56,909 nucleotides of DNA from Stylophora pistillata (GCF_002571385.2 NW_019218150.1:111151-168059); one strand, 5' to 3'. Shown: positions 39,301 to 54,300, counted from the first letter of the stretch. Notes: generated by a model not told the origin, from the letters alone. Translations and numbers: made by a program.

Positions 39301-42300
39301 GACACAGATGTTCAAATCTGGCACTTGGGATGGAGGGCATACAATTTTGGCCTAAGGGTGAGGAAGAAGGTGGAAATTTGAACAAAATAATTTTCAAATG
39401 CCAAGGAGTTTGCCAGAGAGGGGGATCATTTTAGCTATCAACTGATCGATGCATAACCATGACATGTTCCAGTCTGTTTTCAATGACTGCATTAAGAAAC
39501 AGAAGAAAGGCAGTATCTTAGTAAAAGTAAAAATATTTTTACTTTAAAGCATAGAAAAGAAACAATGCCTCAACAAAAGCTGTAGGTAAAAATTAATGGT
39601 TACATTTTCATACTACTCTGAGTTTTATTTGAAAATCTTTTTTCCTTGAGTAACTATGAAGTAATTATTTTCTCCTAACATTATCATGATTATATATCAA
39701 GCAAACATGCTGAGAATAAAGAAAAGACAACTTAGAGGATGTCATATGATTCAATGGAAATTCTCAGAAAAAAATTGAAAAACAATGTATAAAAGAATTA
39801 AAAAGAATAACTATGGCAAGATGAAAGGGGCTGATTGCACAACTTACTTTTTCAACGCTTGAGTAAAATGTTGCTGACATTGACAGCAAAACCTCATAAT
39901 CTGCTAGCAGTGTCTTAAACCTTTGATAAGCAATCTGAAGTTCATCTGTAATGACTCTGATGGCTGCTTTGTAGCTACCCTCTGCCTCTGACAGCTCCTC
40001 TGCTGCACGTAGATGTGCTTGAACATCTTCATCAGTGCGCTGAGGAAGAGACCAAGAAAAACTTAGAACTACATGTGTAAGAAAAACAACTTACACCAGA
40101 AGTCTTTACTTTGTACTATGTATATTTTACATGGACATTGACACACCAACTTACACTGCATTTCTCTAACCAGTTTTACCACCGAGGCTACATAATGAGG
40201 AAAGGTGAACTGTGAGTTTTGGAAAAAACTGGTGTCCACATTGGAAAGAACTAGAGGCTCTATAATGATGATAGAAGGTAGTATTGCAGAATATTTGTCT
40301 CACATCAAAAACAGAAAACCTGCCACGTTCCACATATTTAGAAGTACCCTGTTCCACAAGCAAAGGATGATTCAAGAATATAAATTAATGTAGTGACCAT
40401 TTGACATTCAACCAATAATTAAATGGTAACAAATAATCATATTAACAATAACAATAATGACACCAATACGTATGATGCACGATCTTCGCAGTAGAGAGCC
40501 CTATTTATGCAATAGCGAAATCAAACCTGAAAAAAATCAGGCCTGTACGGGATTCGAACTACTGACCTCTGCGATACTAGTGCAACGCTCTACCAATTGA
40601 GCTAACAAGCCAACTGGGAGCAGGCCATTAAGTTGATTCGTAATAAACCCGTGATGATAAATCAGATATGATGAATATATGAAGTTCATATATTTTGAAC
40701 TGCAGTTACAGATACGTATGATACAGGCCTGATTTTTTTTAGAGCGCTGCACTAGTATCGCAGAGGTCAGTGGTTCGAATCTCATACAGGCCTGATTTTT
40801 TTCAGGTCTGATTTTTGCTATTGCATAAATAGCGCTCTCTACTGCAAGGATCATGCATCATACGTATCTATAACCGCAGTTCAAAATATATGAACTTCAT
40901 ATATTCATTGTAAATGACAACAATAGTAATAATTTATAATAATAATTTGAAGGGGCTAGCTTAGGAACCTCACTATTCCTCTATTGGTCTACGCTCTAGG
41001 CTCCAATAATGATTAATCAATACTAATTTTAGTTTTGCCTGTTAATTTTAAATTATTTTTTTATTTTATAGCAATTCCATTTGATGACATTATGGCTTTG
41101 CCTCCATAGAGGCAGTAGTCATAAAAAGGCAGTTTTTACTACTGGGCAGAATAGTATTTCTTTCCAGTTGCTCATTGAGCAAAGCCTCCCATCTTCTTAC
41201 ACTACCATTTCAATCTTATGTAGAACCTGCATTTTACTTGTTTTTCTTGTCCTCTCTTTCTTACCCTTGCAGCATCTTTGAACTTTTGCAACTTGTCTTC
41301 TAACTCTCTTGGGTCAATGGGAAGGGAACTGTAGTCTACTTTGACAGGGAAAAATGTATCACTCTGTTCTTTAATCCATAGTATGACCTAAAACGATGAG
41401 AACAGAACCCCGGTTAGGAAAAAAAGGAATTAGAAAATGATAGCTTACATGGTTAATTAATTCCAATGCCCCTACTGCTTAGACTGTTACAACAGTCAAT
41501 ATTCCACATAGAAAAATGTAGATTTGTTGGATTACAACTTCAAGTCAATTTAACTGTCTTTCCAAATCTGGAGATACTGCTGAGTTAAGAAACTTGAAGG
41601 CTCACTTTAGTCCTCTGGAAAATCAGTTTGGCCCTACTGAGAGCAAATCAAATAAGCTCAGTTTCACTTGATTTGAAGGTGATAACTTTTGGAACAGTCC
41701 ATGTTACTACTTAATAACTACTACATTTGCAGTTTACACCTAGATCATTGTGAGGTTATAGAGAGCCTCCCTTGGCAGGTACAGTGTGTTCAAATAAAGT
41801 ATTAAAACAAAAGACTACTTACCTCCCTGGTGTCTTTTTCAAACTGCACAAACTCAGCACTCAGCTGTCTGTTCTTGTTTTGTTGTTCTTCTCTTAGGTT
41901 CCAAAGCTGGCCAAGCTTGTGAACCCTTGCCTCTAGAGTTGCCAGGAACTTCTGTATGCAATCAGCAGCTGCCCCTCTGTCCAAACACTCCTCTCTGGGT
42001 TCCTACAGAAAAATAAAATAATGGATGCTTTCCTCTTTAAACTACAAGAACTTGTTGGGGGTCTGCAAAATCTGTGAGCAATGCAAGTCATGTGAGCCAT
42101 GTGAGTCATACGAGCCATTTTTGCGAGTATTTCTTTTTCTTCGATTAGTCCAGGGTCTGGGAGATCGTAGATCATTTCACTCCCCACTATCACTAAACTA
42201 TCACTGTAAACCGCCCACCCGCCCGCCATCTTGAAAGCGGAGATGATCCTGGGGACGAGTACAAACAGTACAACCTCGCTGCCAGGGTACTCTCTCTTTC

Positions 42301-45300
42301 CCTGGGAAATTAATTTTAAATTTAGCTACAAAAGTGCTTAAAATTGAAATATTCCCAGAAAAAAATCCTAATCTTGCTTCAGTTGCTAGAACAATCGCTG
42401 GTGCCTCAAATATGAAAAATGCTCTAAACATCTGTACATCCTGCCAAGTCTTGCTCTTAGTAATGGTTGTCCTGAGTTGGAGGAATTTTTTTCTTTGTTT
42501 CATATTTTGTCATTTAGAGAAAATTTTATCAATTCAAATTGCTCATGATCAGCTAAAAATAAAAACAATGCGACAAAAATTAATTAAGGTTCAACTTAAG
42601 TAAAAAAATTTTCTGAGAAAAAGGCATGGCTCCACTGCCCTACCACTACTTGAATGGGTAGTTGAATGGTATTCATTGACTCTTGTCATTCATTTATATC
42701 CATGTGGAAAATCATTCAGGAGAAAAGAGAACAATACTTCCAGGGCAACTCCGTGTATTGGCATCAAGAATGGTGAGGAAATCACATAATTTTAACAGCT
42801 TCGCTCTTAAGTGAATCAGAGTTATCAAAACTCTGTTGGTTGACTGACTGCTCTAGGTGGTTGTCTCTTCACTCAGACAAGTCTTTCTCCAAAACTCACC
42901 ACCAGAATAGCAGAAGCTGGTTTGAAGATAGCTTTCGACCCACCAGCTGATGGCAAATGCTTCTACTACAATGCTTCTTCTCAAATCAGATTTAGTCCGT
43001 CAACATTGAATGCTGTCATCTTTCACTACTTGAAAAATCATCACTTCGATGTAAGTAATTGATTTTTTATGGACATTTTTGGTTGATTTCATTCAGGATA
43101 CGCGCAGAGATGCAAAAAGATTGCTTAGGATTTCATCAGTTTGAAACAATTGCCTTGTTGCCATGTTTTTCTATGAATTTGTTCTTTGAAGAATAAATGT
43201 AACAAATAAATGTAAATGTAACAAATAAAATTCTTAACATTTTGATTGTGGCTTGCATGGTTCACATGGCTCATCCTTGGCTCGCATGGCTCGCTGGCTC
43301 GCACGTTTATAACACTCACTTGTTGGGGGCTACTTACTTTTTGCAACTCATCAAGAAGTGCTTGTGACTCTCTCTGCATTTGTCCAGAGGCTGAAAGAAT
43401 GGCATCCTGCAGTTGTTCTTGCTGTACAAGTAATGCAGGTGATGCATCAACATTCTCTTTAGGCTCATCACTTGTCAGCTGATTGAAGAGCTCATCCAAT
43501 TTCCCAAACAGCTATCAAGAAAGCAAATCATTGATCAGGCAACTAAAACTTGCATTGAACCTTATTATCTGCACTAAAAGCATTTGGCACCTACCAGTTG
43601 TCTATGGCGATGGAAATCAAAGTACATTTTCCCCAGCTTAAGCCTGTATTCAAGTCGAGAAGAAAACCTCATCCACAAATCTTGTATATCTTTCACTTTT
43701 ACAATATCTTTTTTTGATTGCACATTCGACACATCAATCGCTTTGGCCATTTGATCTGCAAAAGCCTGCAAACAAACAAAAATTTGGTGAATACTGTAAA
43801 AGTTTAGTCCTGTACTAATTGCGTTCTTAATTGTTGTAACAAATTTGTGTCTTTCTTGACCCACTTTTATGGAAAAACAAACACCATCTTTTTCTATTAT
43901 TTTTTTTTTACTCATTCTTCTGAAAGCACTGTTTGGTGCAACCCCTATTGGTAATATTATCACACTAGAAAAGGCATTCATGAATATTTGGTCAAGTTAC
44001 AGGTAAAACAATAAAACTAGACTAAAAATACTCTTTTATGAAGCAGTTCTAAAGATGCTGACTGTCTAAAGAATCAGTAAATGGTTGCTAAATTACACTT
44101 AGTGCATTTACTGGCTGGAATGAATGTGTTAACAGCTGTACATGCAACTCCAAACAAGGGCCTGATCAAAATCTGGTGCATAACTTTGCCTAACACAGAT
44201 GTGCAATTACCAAATATTGATACAAGTAGAATTAATAAGCAGGTAATTTGCCAGCTACAGTTTCTAACCTGTCTCTCAGAATCCAGTTCTTGATGTGAAT
44301 ACAGAAATTCCTGTGATGTTTTGACAGAATCACCCATTACTGTGTTGCTATCAAGAAAGTCTTCACCAACATTCCTAATCCAACCACAGAGCTAAGTAGA
44401 AAAAAAAAAAACTTAAACAGCAAGTACTGGTATACTAATCAGTGACACTTAGAAGATAGTTTAAGAAAAATAAGATGACCATCTCAACCAACCAAATACA
44501 AAACTAATAATCAGTCACTACTTAATCACTTGCATTTCCCTTCACTTGTGCTCATTAATGTGTTAATAGCCAGTCCCCTCCTTGGTTCCTTGCAGAATTA
44601 CCTTTTTCTGATACAAAAGACTACCTGACCGTCTGCTTAATGCTGGTTTCACAAAACTCAGGATAAAGATGAGAATCTTACATCTTCAAATTCCTTGTCA
44701 GCAAGATCAGGTTCAACATTAACAAGCATAGCTGTACTTCTCTCCTGCAATTCTTCATACATTCTCACAATCACAGGTTGGTGTTTCCCATCTGCCATTT
44801 TCTCTTGCAATATCTTTCCGTCTCGCAGTTGAGCTGCAGATGCTGCATTGATTGCTCCATACAGCTCCTTTTGATCTTCAATGGTCAGCTTTTCTTCTGT
44901 AATTTTGTCTCTTATTTCATCAAGCTTATCATGTGCCTTAAAAGAAAAAAAATAAAATAAAATAACCAGGAAAGTTTGGAAATTTCAGTATGAAACTAAT
45001 GGTTAGGAAATGCCAACAACTTCAGACAAATCAAACATCACTAATACTGTGACTTACTCTGCTGTTTTTCTTGTAAAAGGTTAGTGTATCTGTCAGTAGT
45101 TTCCTTCTATCTTCCAAACGTTCTTTGAATAACTGCAGGTTTGTTAGTAGCAGGGTAATTTTTTGCTGTGTTTCCTGTATGTCACTGAAGTTTCCATGCA
45201 TAAGCTTTTCTGTTTCTCGTGCAAGCCTCTGGCCAGCCTCTTCCTTTTCCTGATAGTAAAAAGGAACTATTGCTTACAATTTTTAACCAAATTTTATTAT

Positions 45301-48300
45301 TTATCAAATCCTATAAATTTCTTATCAGACGCTCAACAGCTCATCTTGTAAATGCAATGACACTCTCCAATAGTCACTTCTTTAAAATTATTATTCACTA
45401 ACCTTTCACTTAAACAAGCAATAACTCTGAGAACTGATTACACAGTATAAATAAGAATCATATACATAGAGAGGCTAGCAACTGGCACTCAATTCTTGCA
45501 CCCACGAGTTATGAAAAGCCAAGGATATGTTGGCCAGTGAATCAACAACAATTCATAAACATACCTTTGCCACTTCCTCAAATTTGAAGTGTTCATCGAG
45601 GAGAACTTGAGTTGAGGGTGCCGAGTCTCCATAGTCTTGATAGCTAAGATAATCCTCTCCTTCCTCATTTAGCCATTTTGTGATCTGTTGGATTGTTGTT
45701 ACAAAAGTTACTCTTAAGGATCACAAATATCACCTTCTTTGGCTAACCCTAAGAATACTGTGTTGTAGTTATACAAGCCTGTGGTCTAATGGCACCCGGT
45801 TGCCAGAGACCACTAACTTTTGGCTTCCAAGACAACTGATTAAAAAAATGCCAGTCGCCCAGCCGGTCATTCTTGTCCCTCCGTTCAGTTCCATAGTATA
45901 CAAGAATGCAAAAATATGTGACATGCTGTTTTCCATTTATTGTGTAAATAATGCCTCGTGGAAATTTCCTTTGATGCCAGATAAGCTCACCTGTTTACTC
46001 TCATACGTTCAGATCTTAAGTTTTGTTCCACATGATTTGACAAATATCTAACACTACGATCTCAGACAAAAGACATGAACCTGCTGAATATCAGTACCAT
46101 TTCTCAAAATATTATCTAAATTTTCCCTTAGGCTGTTTTATCATTGTTTACTTTATTGTTACAAATACTTTCCAAACCGCAAAGTGTGAATTGCCATGTT
46201 AAAAGTCTTTGTTTATGCAAATGTATACGTTTTCTGGTCAGCATAATTTGATAACTTGTTTGCACAGGGTTACCTAGCTTTTGAAGGTTAGTTTTATTTC
46301 TTTGGAATAAATATCTTGACGATGAAATGATCAATGCTAGATAGCTGCAAGAATGAATTCACTTAATTGGTAGGAATACAGTAGCACAGTTGTATTGATC
46401 TAGTATAAATTTCTCTATTACTTCTTGACACTTTCCATCCATTTGCTACTGTAATAGCTAATTTTAGCTTTTGCAGCAAATACATGTATTACAGTAACTG
46501 TATCCACGTAAATGCAAAAAAAATTAATAAAAAGCAAGGTTTCACAAACATGATTCCCTCCAAAATAATTGAAAAGAAACCAGATTTACAAATAAAGGAA
46601 CAACATGGATCCAAACATGGGACAGGTATATTCTGTAAACAAACGATTGCAAAGCATTTGTATTTGTAGTTGATGGCAACAACAAAAAGTGCAGACATTC
46701 ATCGAGAATAAAATAACAGGGTTAATTATTGATTAATCAAAACATTTGTGGAATTAATTAAATAATTAATTAATTATCAATTATTTAATTGATTAATCAA
46801 TTTAATTTTGGGGGAGGACACTAACTTCAAGGGCTGGGCACCTTATTTAGCTGGCATGGCTGGGGGTCCAAAGGGCACCCTAGAATTTTCCTTACACCAC
46901 AGCCATAATATAATTATGTTATCTTAAAAAATATGAGTACACCATTATAAGAGGATATAATACCCAAAAACATATCACAAATGACTCAGCCAGAGAATGA
47001 TCCAGAAACTCAAGATCAAGAATCCAGTTCACATATCATTTAGCTTCAACATCTATTGCTAAACAAAGATTAGGAACAATTCAATATCCTAGAAATTTTT
47101 TAGATAAGTAACTTTTAATGGTCCAAAGCCTCCTGATACCTGTCTTATTTCTTCATCAATCTTGCATCTTTTCATACACTGCTCCAAAACTTTTTTTCGC
47201 TCTTTCCACTGTTCATCAAGTTGCTTTCGCCTGTGTTGCAGGGCTTCCAGAATACGTTCCACACTGTAACATGCTGCTTTTGTGGCATGATGGTTGTTTA
47301 TGTCAGCATGTGAACTAGCCTCTCGTAATTTGTCCAAGAGAGCTTGTCCTTTAGATAAAGTCTGCATGGATAATTCCAATACACTTTTTCTTAGTTCCTG
47401 ATGTTGATGAAGCAATGATGATGATGATGTCACATCTTCCACTAAAAGAGTTCGGCTGATTTCATCTTCTGAGGTATTGATTTTATCAGAAAACTGTACA
47501 AAGTCAATTCAAAACAAAATATACATTATTAATTGCAAATTCACCACTCAGGTCATGGTAAAATAATTATTATCTAAAAAGCTAAGCTGTAAAAAACTTT
47601 CACATTCTGGTATACTTAAGGAATACAAAATTTAGGTCATTACTTTAATTGATTCTACCTGATTTGAACAAATTATAAGGAAACAAAATTAATCCATCAA
47701 ATTGAAGATTAGGAGTTTTATTGTTAATTAATAAATTTGTAGTTTCATTGACAGTTTTGGAAAATTCTCAAGATTATGTCAGGGTTTGCCTTTATTTAAG
47801 CCGAGCAGTGCTTTGTGGCCTGTTGTTATGGAAGACATCCCACCCTAAGTATAAGCATTAAATGAAAAATCCATGATGCTACCTTACGCTTTTATACTTA
47901 AGAGATCTGTCATTATGAAAAAGAAGAAATGAAAAGCACTGCCAAAAATCAAACTGTAACTGCAGGAAAGAACCTGCCAAATATTAAGTTATAACTAAAA
48001 AGTAAGAAACTGTTAGTGTAGATAGTGACCAGCAATATTTTCCAAACAGGATAAAACCATTCATCTTACAATAAAAAAGGGGATCTTCTGTTCATTAATT
48101 TCTTTCTTAAAGAATTGTTTTAATTAGAATCATTTATATCTCAATCAACATGACCTAAGGATATTTTTAGCCAAGCATGAAAAAATTAGCATTCCTCAAT
48201 TTTGAACATTGTCAATGAAGAAAAGTGATTAAAGCAATCCATCAAAATGTTGACTGGTTATATATACCACTTAAATCATAACTATTAGCAACTCTTAACT

Positions 48301-51300
48301 CCATAAAAGTGAGCTTTGGTTACATTACATCTTTAAAAACATAAAAGGCAAGTTGACATCATGCTTGACTGACCACGATCAACAAAACCTTTAAGAGTGA
48401 AATTACAGGAGATCATGTAAAACCAAGAATATCGACCTATGGCTATCACTAATGAAATATGGATAACATTTTTTCATTAACAAAGCATCCAAATTACTAT
48501 CTGAGATAAAAGATGTCCACACAGATTGTTTGGTGTATCTATCTGTTGTGATTAAAATTCCAATCACCAATTTACCAATTAAATTCTCAAAACCCAAAAT
48601 AAAAATTCCTAAATTAACAACTTCACAAATCAGACATCATAAATCCTTGGATAAATTCCATGGATTATACCTTAGCTACAGATATGAAGGCTTTAAAGGA
48701 TCAACTTTTAAGATCTACAAAACAGACTGCACAAAGAAAGGTATATTTAGCATTCAACAGATCATATACTCACAGTCTGTAGCGGGGTCACAAGAAAAGC
48801 GACAAGAATTTTACGGTAAAATGGACAGATGGAACAACTAGATCAAAAGCTTGGCCATGCAAGTGTAGAGGAGCCAATAAAAATCATTATCCCATAAAAG
48901 GTATCATTTTCATAAATCTTAACATTAAATACCAGTTACCATGCATTCTACAGATTTTTTAGGGCAAGATTTTTTCTTACATACAGGGCCACACTTTTAA
49001 ATTTTTTTAACAAGTAGACATTCATTTTATTCAAAAACTACAAAATGAACCATAATATACATGTATACTGGTACTGAAAGCTACAACAGCCTATAGAAAT
49101 TAGTAATTCTCTCAAGCAATCAAAATTCTGGTAATAATTAAGAAACTCAAATCATTACATTTCATAAAAATAATTTGAAAAAGAATAGGATTGTAAATTG
49201 TGACAAATTGTAAATAATAATAAAAAATAGAAAAATAAACAGCTTTGTTCTAAAAAAAAAAATTATAATACTAGTAATTGCAAGTAACTACTTGTAATCA
49301 CCACAATGTATTTTGCACAAAACCAACCATAATTTCATTAAAAATTAAAACAAGTAATAATTATGGTCTTCTAAGTGAAATAACTGATATCTTAATCAAC
49401 CACATGTTATTCTAAAAGCAACAGCAAAGTTTAACTAATCAAAAACCTTGACAGTTGTAAACCCTCTTTCAGAGCATTACACCTCACTTTAATAAGAGTT
49501 ACATACAATTTAGAACTGCATATCAGGGGTAGCCAGCATGTCACTCAAAAAAACAGAATACAAGTCAGGGGCGAAACTGTAATGATGGGCCTCCTCATTA
49601 TCTGGGTTTTCACCTAAATGACATTAAGGTTTTTCTCATTGCTTTCTTAATAGAAAAATAAAATGTGATATGAAGTATGGGTATTTTCAGTTTAGGATCC
49701 ATTGTGAGTTGTGTATTTCTTTGTAGAGTATAGTATTAGTAAATGGTGATAGCATGGGGTGAAGTGTTTTAAGATCATAATAAGGTTGTAGAGAAAATAT
49801 TTCTAAAAGAAACATAAAAATTGTAACTATTATGGAAAATAGATATCAACACACCAAGAGTCAGGCATGACTAATATCAATGAAGGTTTCAGTATAACAA
49901 ATACTTAATCCATGAACCAAACTCAATACAACTGTGTTGGAGGTCATCCACATCTAATTCCATCATACACTGTACCTTCTCTACACTGTGATGAAAAGCA
50001 ACTGAGGTGTCAAGAAGTATCCTCCTTCCCTCTAATTGAACATTAAGGTCATTCCAGGCCTCTTCTAGAGAATCTGCCATCCTTCCATAGGGTCTGTTAC
50101 TTTGATCTTCTGCTGAAGCTACATGTATTGACTTGATAATCTGAATGAGCTCAGCAACTTCTCTTTCTTTTTCCTGGAAATGAACATTTAAGGAAAATGT
50201 CATAAACAAATCATGATAAGTAAGAGTAAGAACAAAGTGTACAAATAACAACTAATGATAAAATAAGTATCCAATGAAAAGATTGTGGCCAACAAAAAAC
50301 ATCTGAAGGTTATAAAAAGATAATCATTTCAAGTGTTACTTAGACAGTGATATGACCTGACTGCACATGCTTTTTTATAATTGTTTTTGCTTCTAAAAAT
50401 TCCCAATAAATAGATACAGAGCCCTTTATCTGAGTAGCAAATAATCTGTGTATTTCGGGCAGTATATTGAACCTGTAAAGTACCTTATTAGTGTAAAAGT
50501 CCTTCACGTAATCTATTCAAGGCCTCTTCAACTACAAATAACTCATAAATTTAAGCTTATTGCATATTGTAGACAATCAGTGATATTTTATTTGACCTTT
50601 TGACCTTGTTTACCGCAACAGAGTTGTTCCTAAAATCGTCTTGAAGAGATTTCAGGAATAAGGCGAGAATGTTTTATTCATAACCAGTATGCCACTTCAA
50701 AGGACAAAAAAATATGCGAAACAAAATATACACATGGATTGTGGGCCAAGCAAAAAACAAAGTCTCTTTAGTACATGCAGCTATAAATGGATACCGACGT
50801 AAAGACATAAGAAGTTTTGATTAATCTCGTCAAAACAATTTAGAAGAACTAAACAGACGGTCACCTTCGGTATTTTGAAGAAATTGAATTACTCAGGAAT
50901 GCTCTCGGTGGCTGATCTCTTATCGCTCCGAAAGGCTCGTCTTCGATGTTAAATTGCGATTTGTTAACAAGAAATCGACTCTTAAATTCCATCTCCTTGA
51001 GTCCATTAACATATAACAAAGAATTCTTTCGTTTTGCTCGATCAATCTCAAGAGTTAATTAGAGAGGTTTTACATCCCGCAACCATGTTCATAGGAAATT
51101 ACATTATCGCCATTGCCTCTGGCGTTATAATTAACACGAAATGTCCATTTCATCGACTATCAATATGTCGATCTACAGCCAGAGATATAATTCACTGGGT
51201 TTAAAATGAAATCTGCCTTTCGTGTTTAACGTTTGTGACTAAAGTCCTTAAATACTTTCTCTTCTTAAGAATCCATGTATTTTGTAAACACTGACCCGTA

Positions 51301-54300
51301 ATTCCCGCACAGAAATAGCAATGACGAAGCCAAATATCTAAGTAATGTTCATGATTATTAAGAATCTTCCTAGCCAAGGAAGTATACCAAATCAGGTCCC
51401 TGTGATATTGTATTCGACTCGAATGTTTCAGTGGTTGTATACAAATTGGCAATTAGTACTTATACACAATAACAATGATTCACTGCTCTTTTGCCAGCAT
51501 GGATTCGCACTATCTTTCAAAACGCATGATAGTTGTAAAGTCTCTGAGCTGTTTAAAACTCGGAAAGGAAATTATATTATAATCGAACGCCAAACTGAGT
51601 GCGATAGAACACCTGATCGAATGAACAGAAACTACAAGGATGTGTTACTATTCACTTTAGGCGAGTCTTGACGAGCAATTGTGACAATAAAATGGCTCAG
51701 TTCTTCCTTTGCATCGTCCGGGATGAGAATATGGCTTCAACGAAAATAAACATCGTGAGTGCTTTCATTATCTTACCTCCTCTCAGGATTTATAAACTCA
51801 AAATCCAACAATTGCGAATTAAATTGATGCAGCAATATTCAGCCAAAAGCTCAGGTCGCCAGTCAAGGCTGATTATTTATGCAAACTTAAAATGCCGAAA
51901 CATGCCAACCCACTTAAGTTCAACCACATTCCAATGCGCTCTCCACGCCCCAGTGAACAAATACTTTTCATGCTTGAGGCAAATGTGTACGCTCATTCGA
52001 CCAGAACTCGCTCGGCCGCAGACACAACGAAAGGTGTCACATTACATGTCTGTTAAATAAAAACATCACTTATTAAACGAGCTGCCAGCAAAGACGATTT
52101 ACAATCCAAGCCATGTCACCTCGTCGAGTTGCCGTATCTATAGGTAACTGAATGTAAACTGCGTGTTTACAAAGGTCGATTAATATACTTTTCGATTTAC
52201 ACTCATGGGACGACAAAACAGTTGGCGCACTTTGATAACTTGGCGTGACAGAGAGACAATCTATCGCATTAAGAACATCTTTTTTTTTAGTCTTTACTTC
52301 AAACCTGTGTTATTAAAGATAATTTTTATTGCAACGGAAACGGTTCTAGTTTGTACTAATTTTATAAAAAGTAACTTACGAATTCTGACAACTTATCATG
52401 CCGGGATAAGGGTTTTTCTTGGAAAAACAGGTTAAATTTCTCGGAAATTTGGATGACCTTTTTTGCTCTCACTGTCCGCTAAGAATCGTCACCATTTTAA
52501 ACTGATTAATATCATGTTCATTGTTCTCATTTCCTTGTAACTTCGAACGTAACTTAGTAAAAAACCTCGAGGCACAAATCCCTTCGTATGCCGGTTTTAA
52601 AAGAGAGGAAACTGCCCGGAGTTTTGAGACTCTCAAGGAAGATTACAGTGACGAACCCGAGAAAACGAGAAGTACAGCTGCCGGGAGTAAAGCCATTGCT
52701 CTCTAAGAAGAAGTTCAATGCTCCGAAAAATCTTATCGATAATCGTCATATTTTTAAAGCCTCTGTTGAAATGTCACCTTTGTCGGAAGAAATGCCCTGA
52801 GCGATCATGTCCTCATTTTACACAGGTGCTGAAAACTAATATTGATTGATGCAAATATGGCTCCTTAGATAAGTTGAAAAACATTCTTCAAACGTGGGGA
52901 AGGCGTTAGACGAACAAGAATACTACCCGGGGCCAACTTAAGGTGAAAGTTAACCTTAAATTTGTTCGAAATCTCGCATGTCTTGAGACGCTTCGAGCTA
53001 ACAGACAGTTCAAAAGCAGTTACAGTCTAAATTACATCTTTCAATCAATTGTTCTCCCTTAGTAAAAAAGCTGGTTCCCCTTAAAACTTTTTAAACAGCA
53101 TGAGTACATTCTTTCGACCAATCCGCAACACACGAACGCATCACGTGATACAAACCTTGAGTCTTTCTTCCAGTCCCTGTAGGTCAGCACTAAGCGCTTC
53201 AGCTTCGGTCAGGTTTTCACCAATCATGTGTTTGTTCTCTTCTGTTTCGCTGGTTCTGTCTTTAACCCACTGAAGAAGCTTTAAAGTAACAACGAAGAGA
53301 GACTTAATCATCTCCAAAACTGATAAAGGATAGGCGTCTAGTTTAAGCCCTTAGGCTCTATTTAGATCGCAAACGACTAACCTCACAGTCGTAACAAAGT
53401 TGTTAAAACTGCATTACCAAGATTTTAAAGGGTAAAGTAATTAGACCTGTCGATCAAATCTACTGTATGAGGTTATTTTTTTTAAACATATGGTTCACCT
53501 CTCGCATCTGTTGTTCATAGTCTCCGAGTTTCAACCAATGGCGGAGTCGCTCGTCCCTGTCTTGCCACACTCTTTCCCAGGCCATTTTTCTCTCCTCCAA
53601 GTCGGCCAGAGATTCCTCTAAGAGATGAGGAGGCCGATTTGGTGTCCCGTTCTCTCCATACAGTGGAGGTAATTGCATTCTGTCAATCAAGGTTTTCCCC
53701 ATGGCAACCGTCTCAGCGTATTCTTTGTCGATAGAGTGTCTTGTTTCAGAGTGTCGGCGAATTTCTTCCTCGATGAACTCAGCTGTGAGGTCTTCCAGGA
53801 GGTCCTCTCTCATGTATCTTCCTCTGTGCCCCTCAATATCTTGGACAAGCTATATAATATAAGAATAGTTCTTAGAGTTTGTCAAAGTAGCGGCTAAAGG
53901 GTATTCTGTGTATGATTATTTAAAACAAGTTGAACTGTAGGTATGACTTTTGCCTCTAATTGTAAAGTTGACTAACGAGACGTGTAAAGATTCCTTAGAA
54001 TTCCTGTCAGCCAGTACCTCATGTCGAGAGACACATTACAACGGCTGTGCTGGTCTGGGCATGAACCCTTAAAGCTCCAACGGAAGTCGAATGCATTTGC
54101 TATTCAGTTATTAAACCATTACACTTACGCTACTTCCTTAAATGACTTTGGTAGTTTCTGCTATTTTACCTTCTCCGCGCTCCGACGAAACATGAGCGCC
54201 ACAGAGAGTCTCGCTCCTCGTTCAGCCATAGCCGATGAAAATTCACTCCAAGCGCTGTTTAACTTTTCCTCCATTTGATAGTTTGGGGTCAGTTCATAGC

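Noticed and set aside
40155-40259. Putative exon with GTAAG donor
   Set aside because: Stop codons in the phase required by neighbouring exons
39040-40612. tRNA-like sequences at ~39040-39115 and ~40540-40612 as real tRNA genes
   Set aside because: Imperfect stems and embedded in repeat bodies; treated as SINE/repeat-derived
52521-52800. Short plus-strand ORFs in the large intron
   Set aside because: No recognisable motif or splice support
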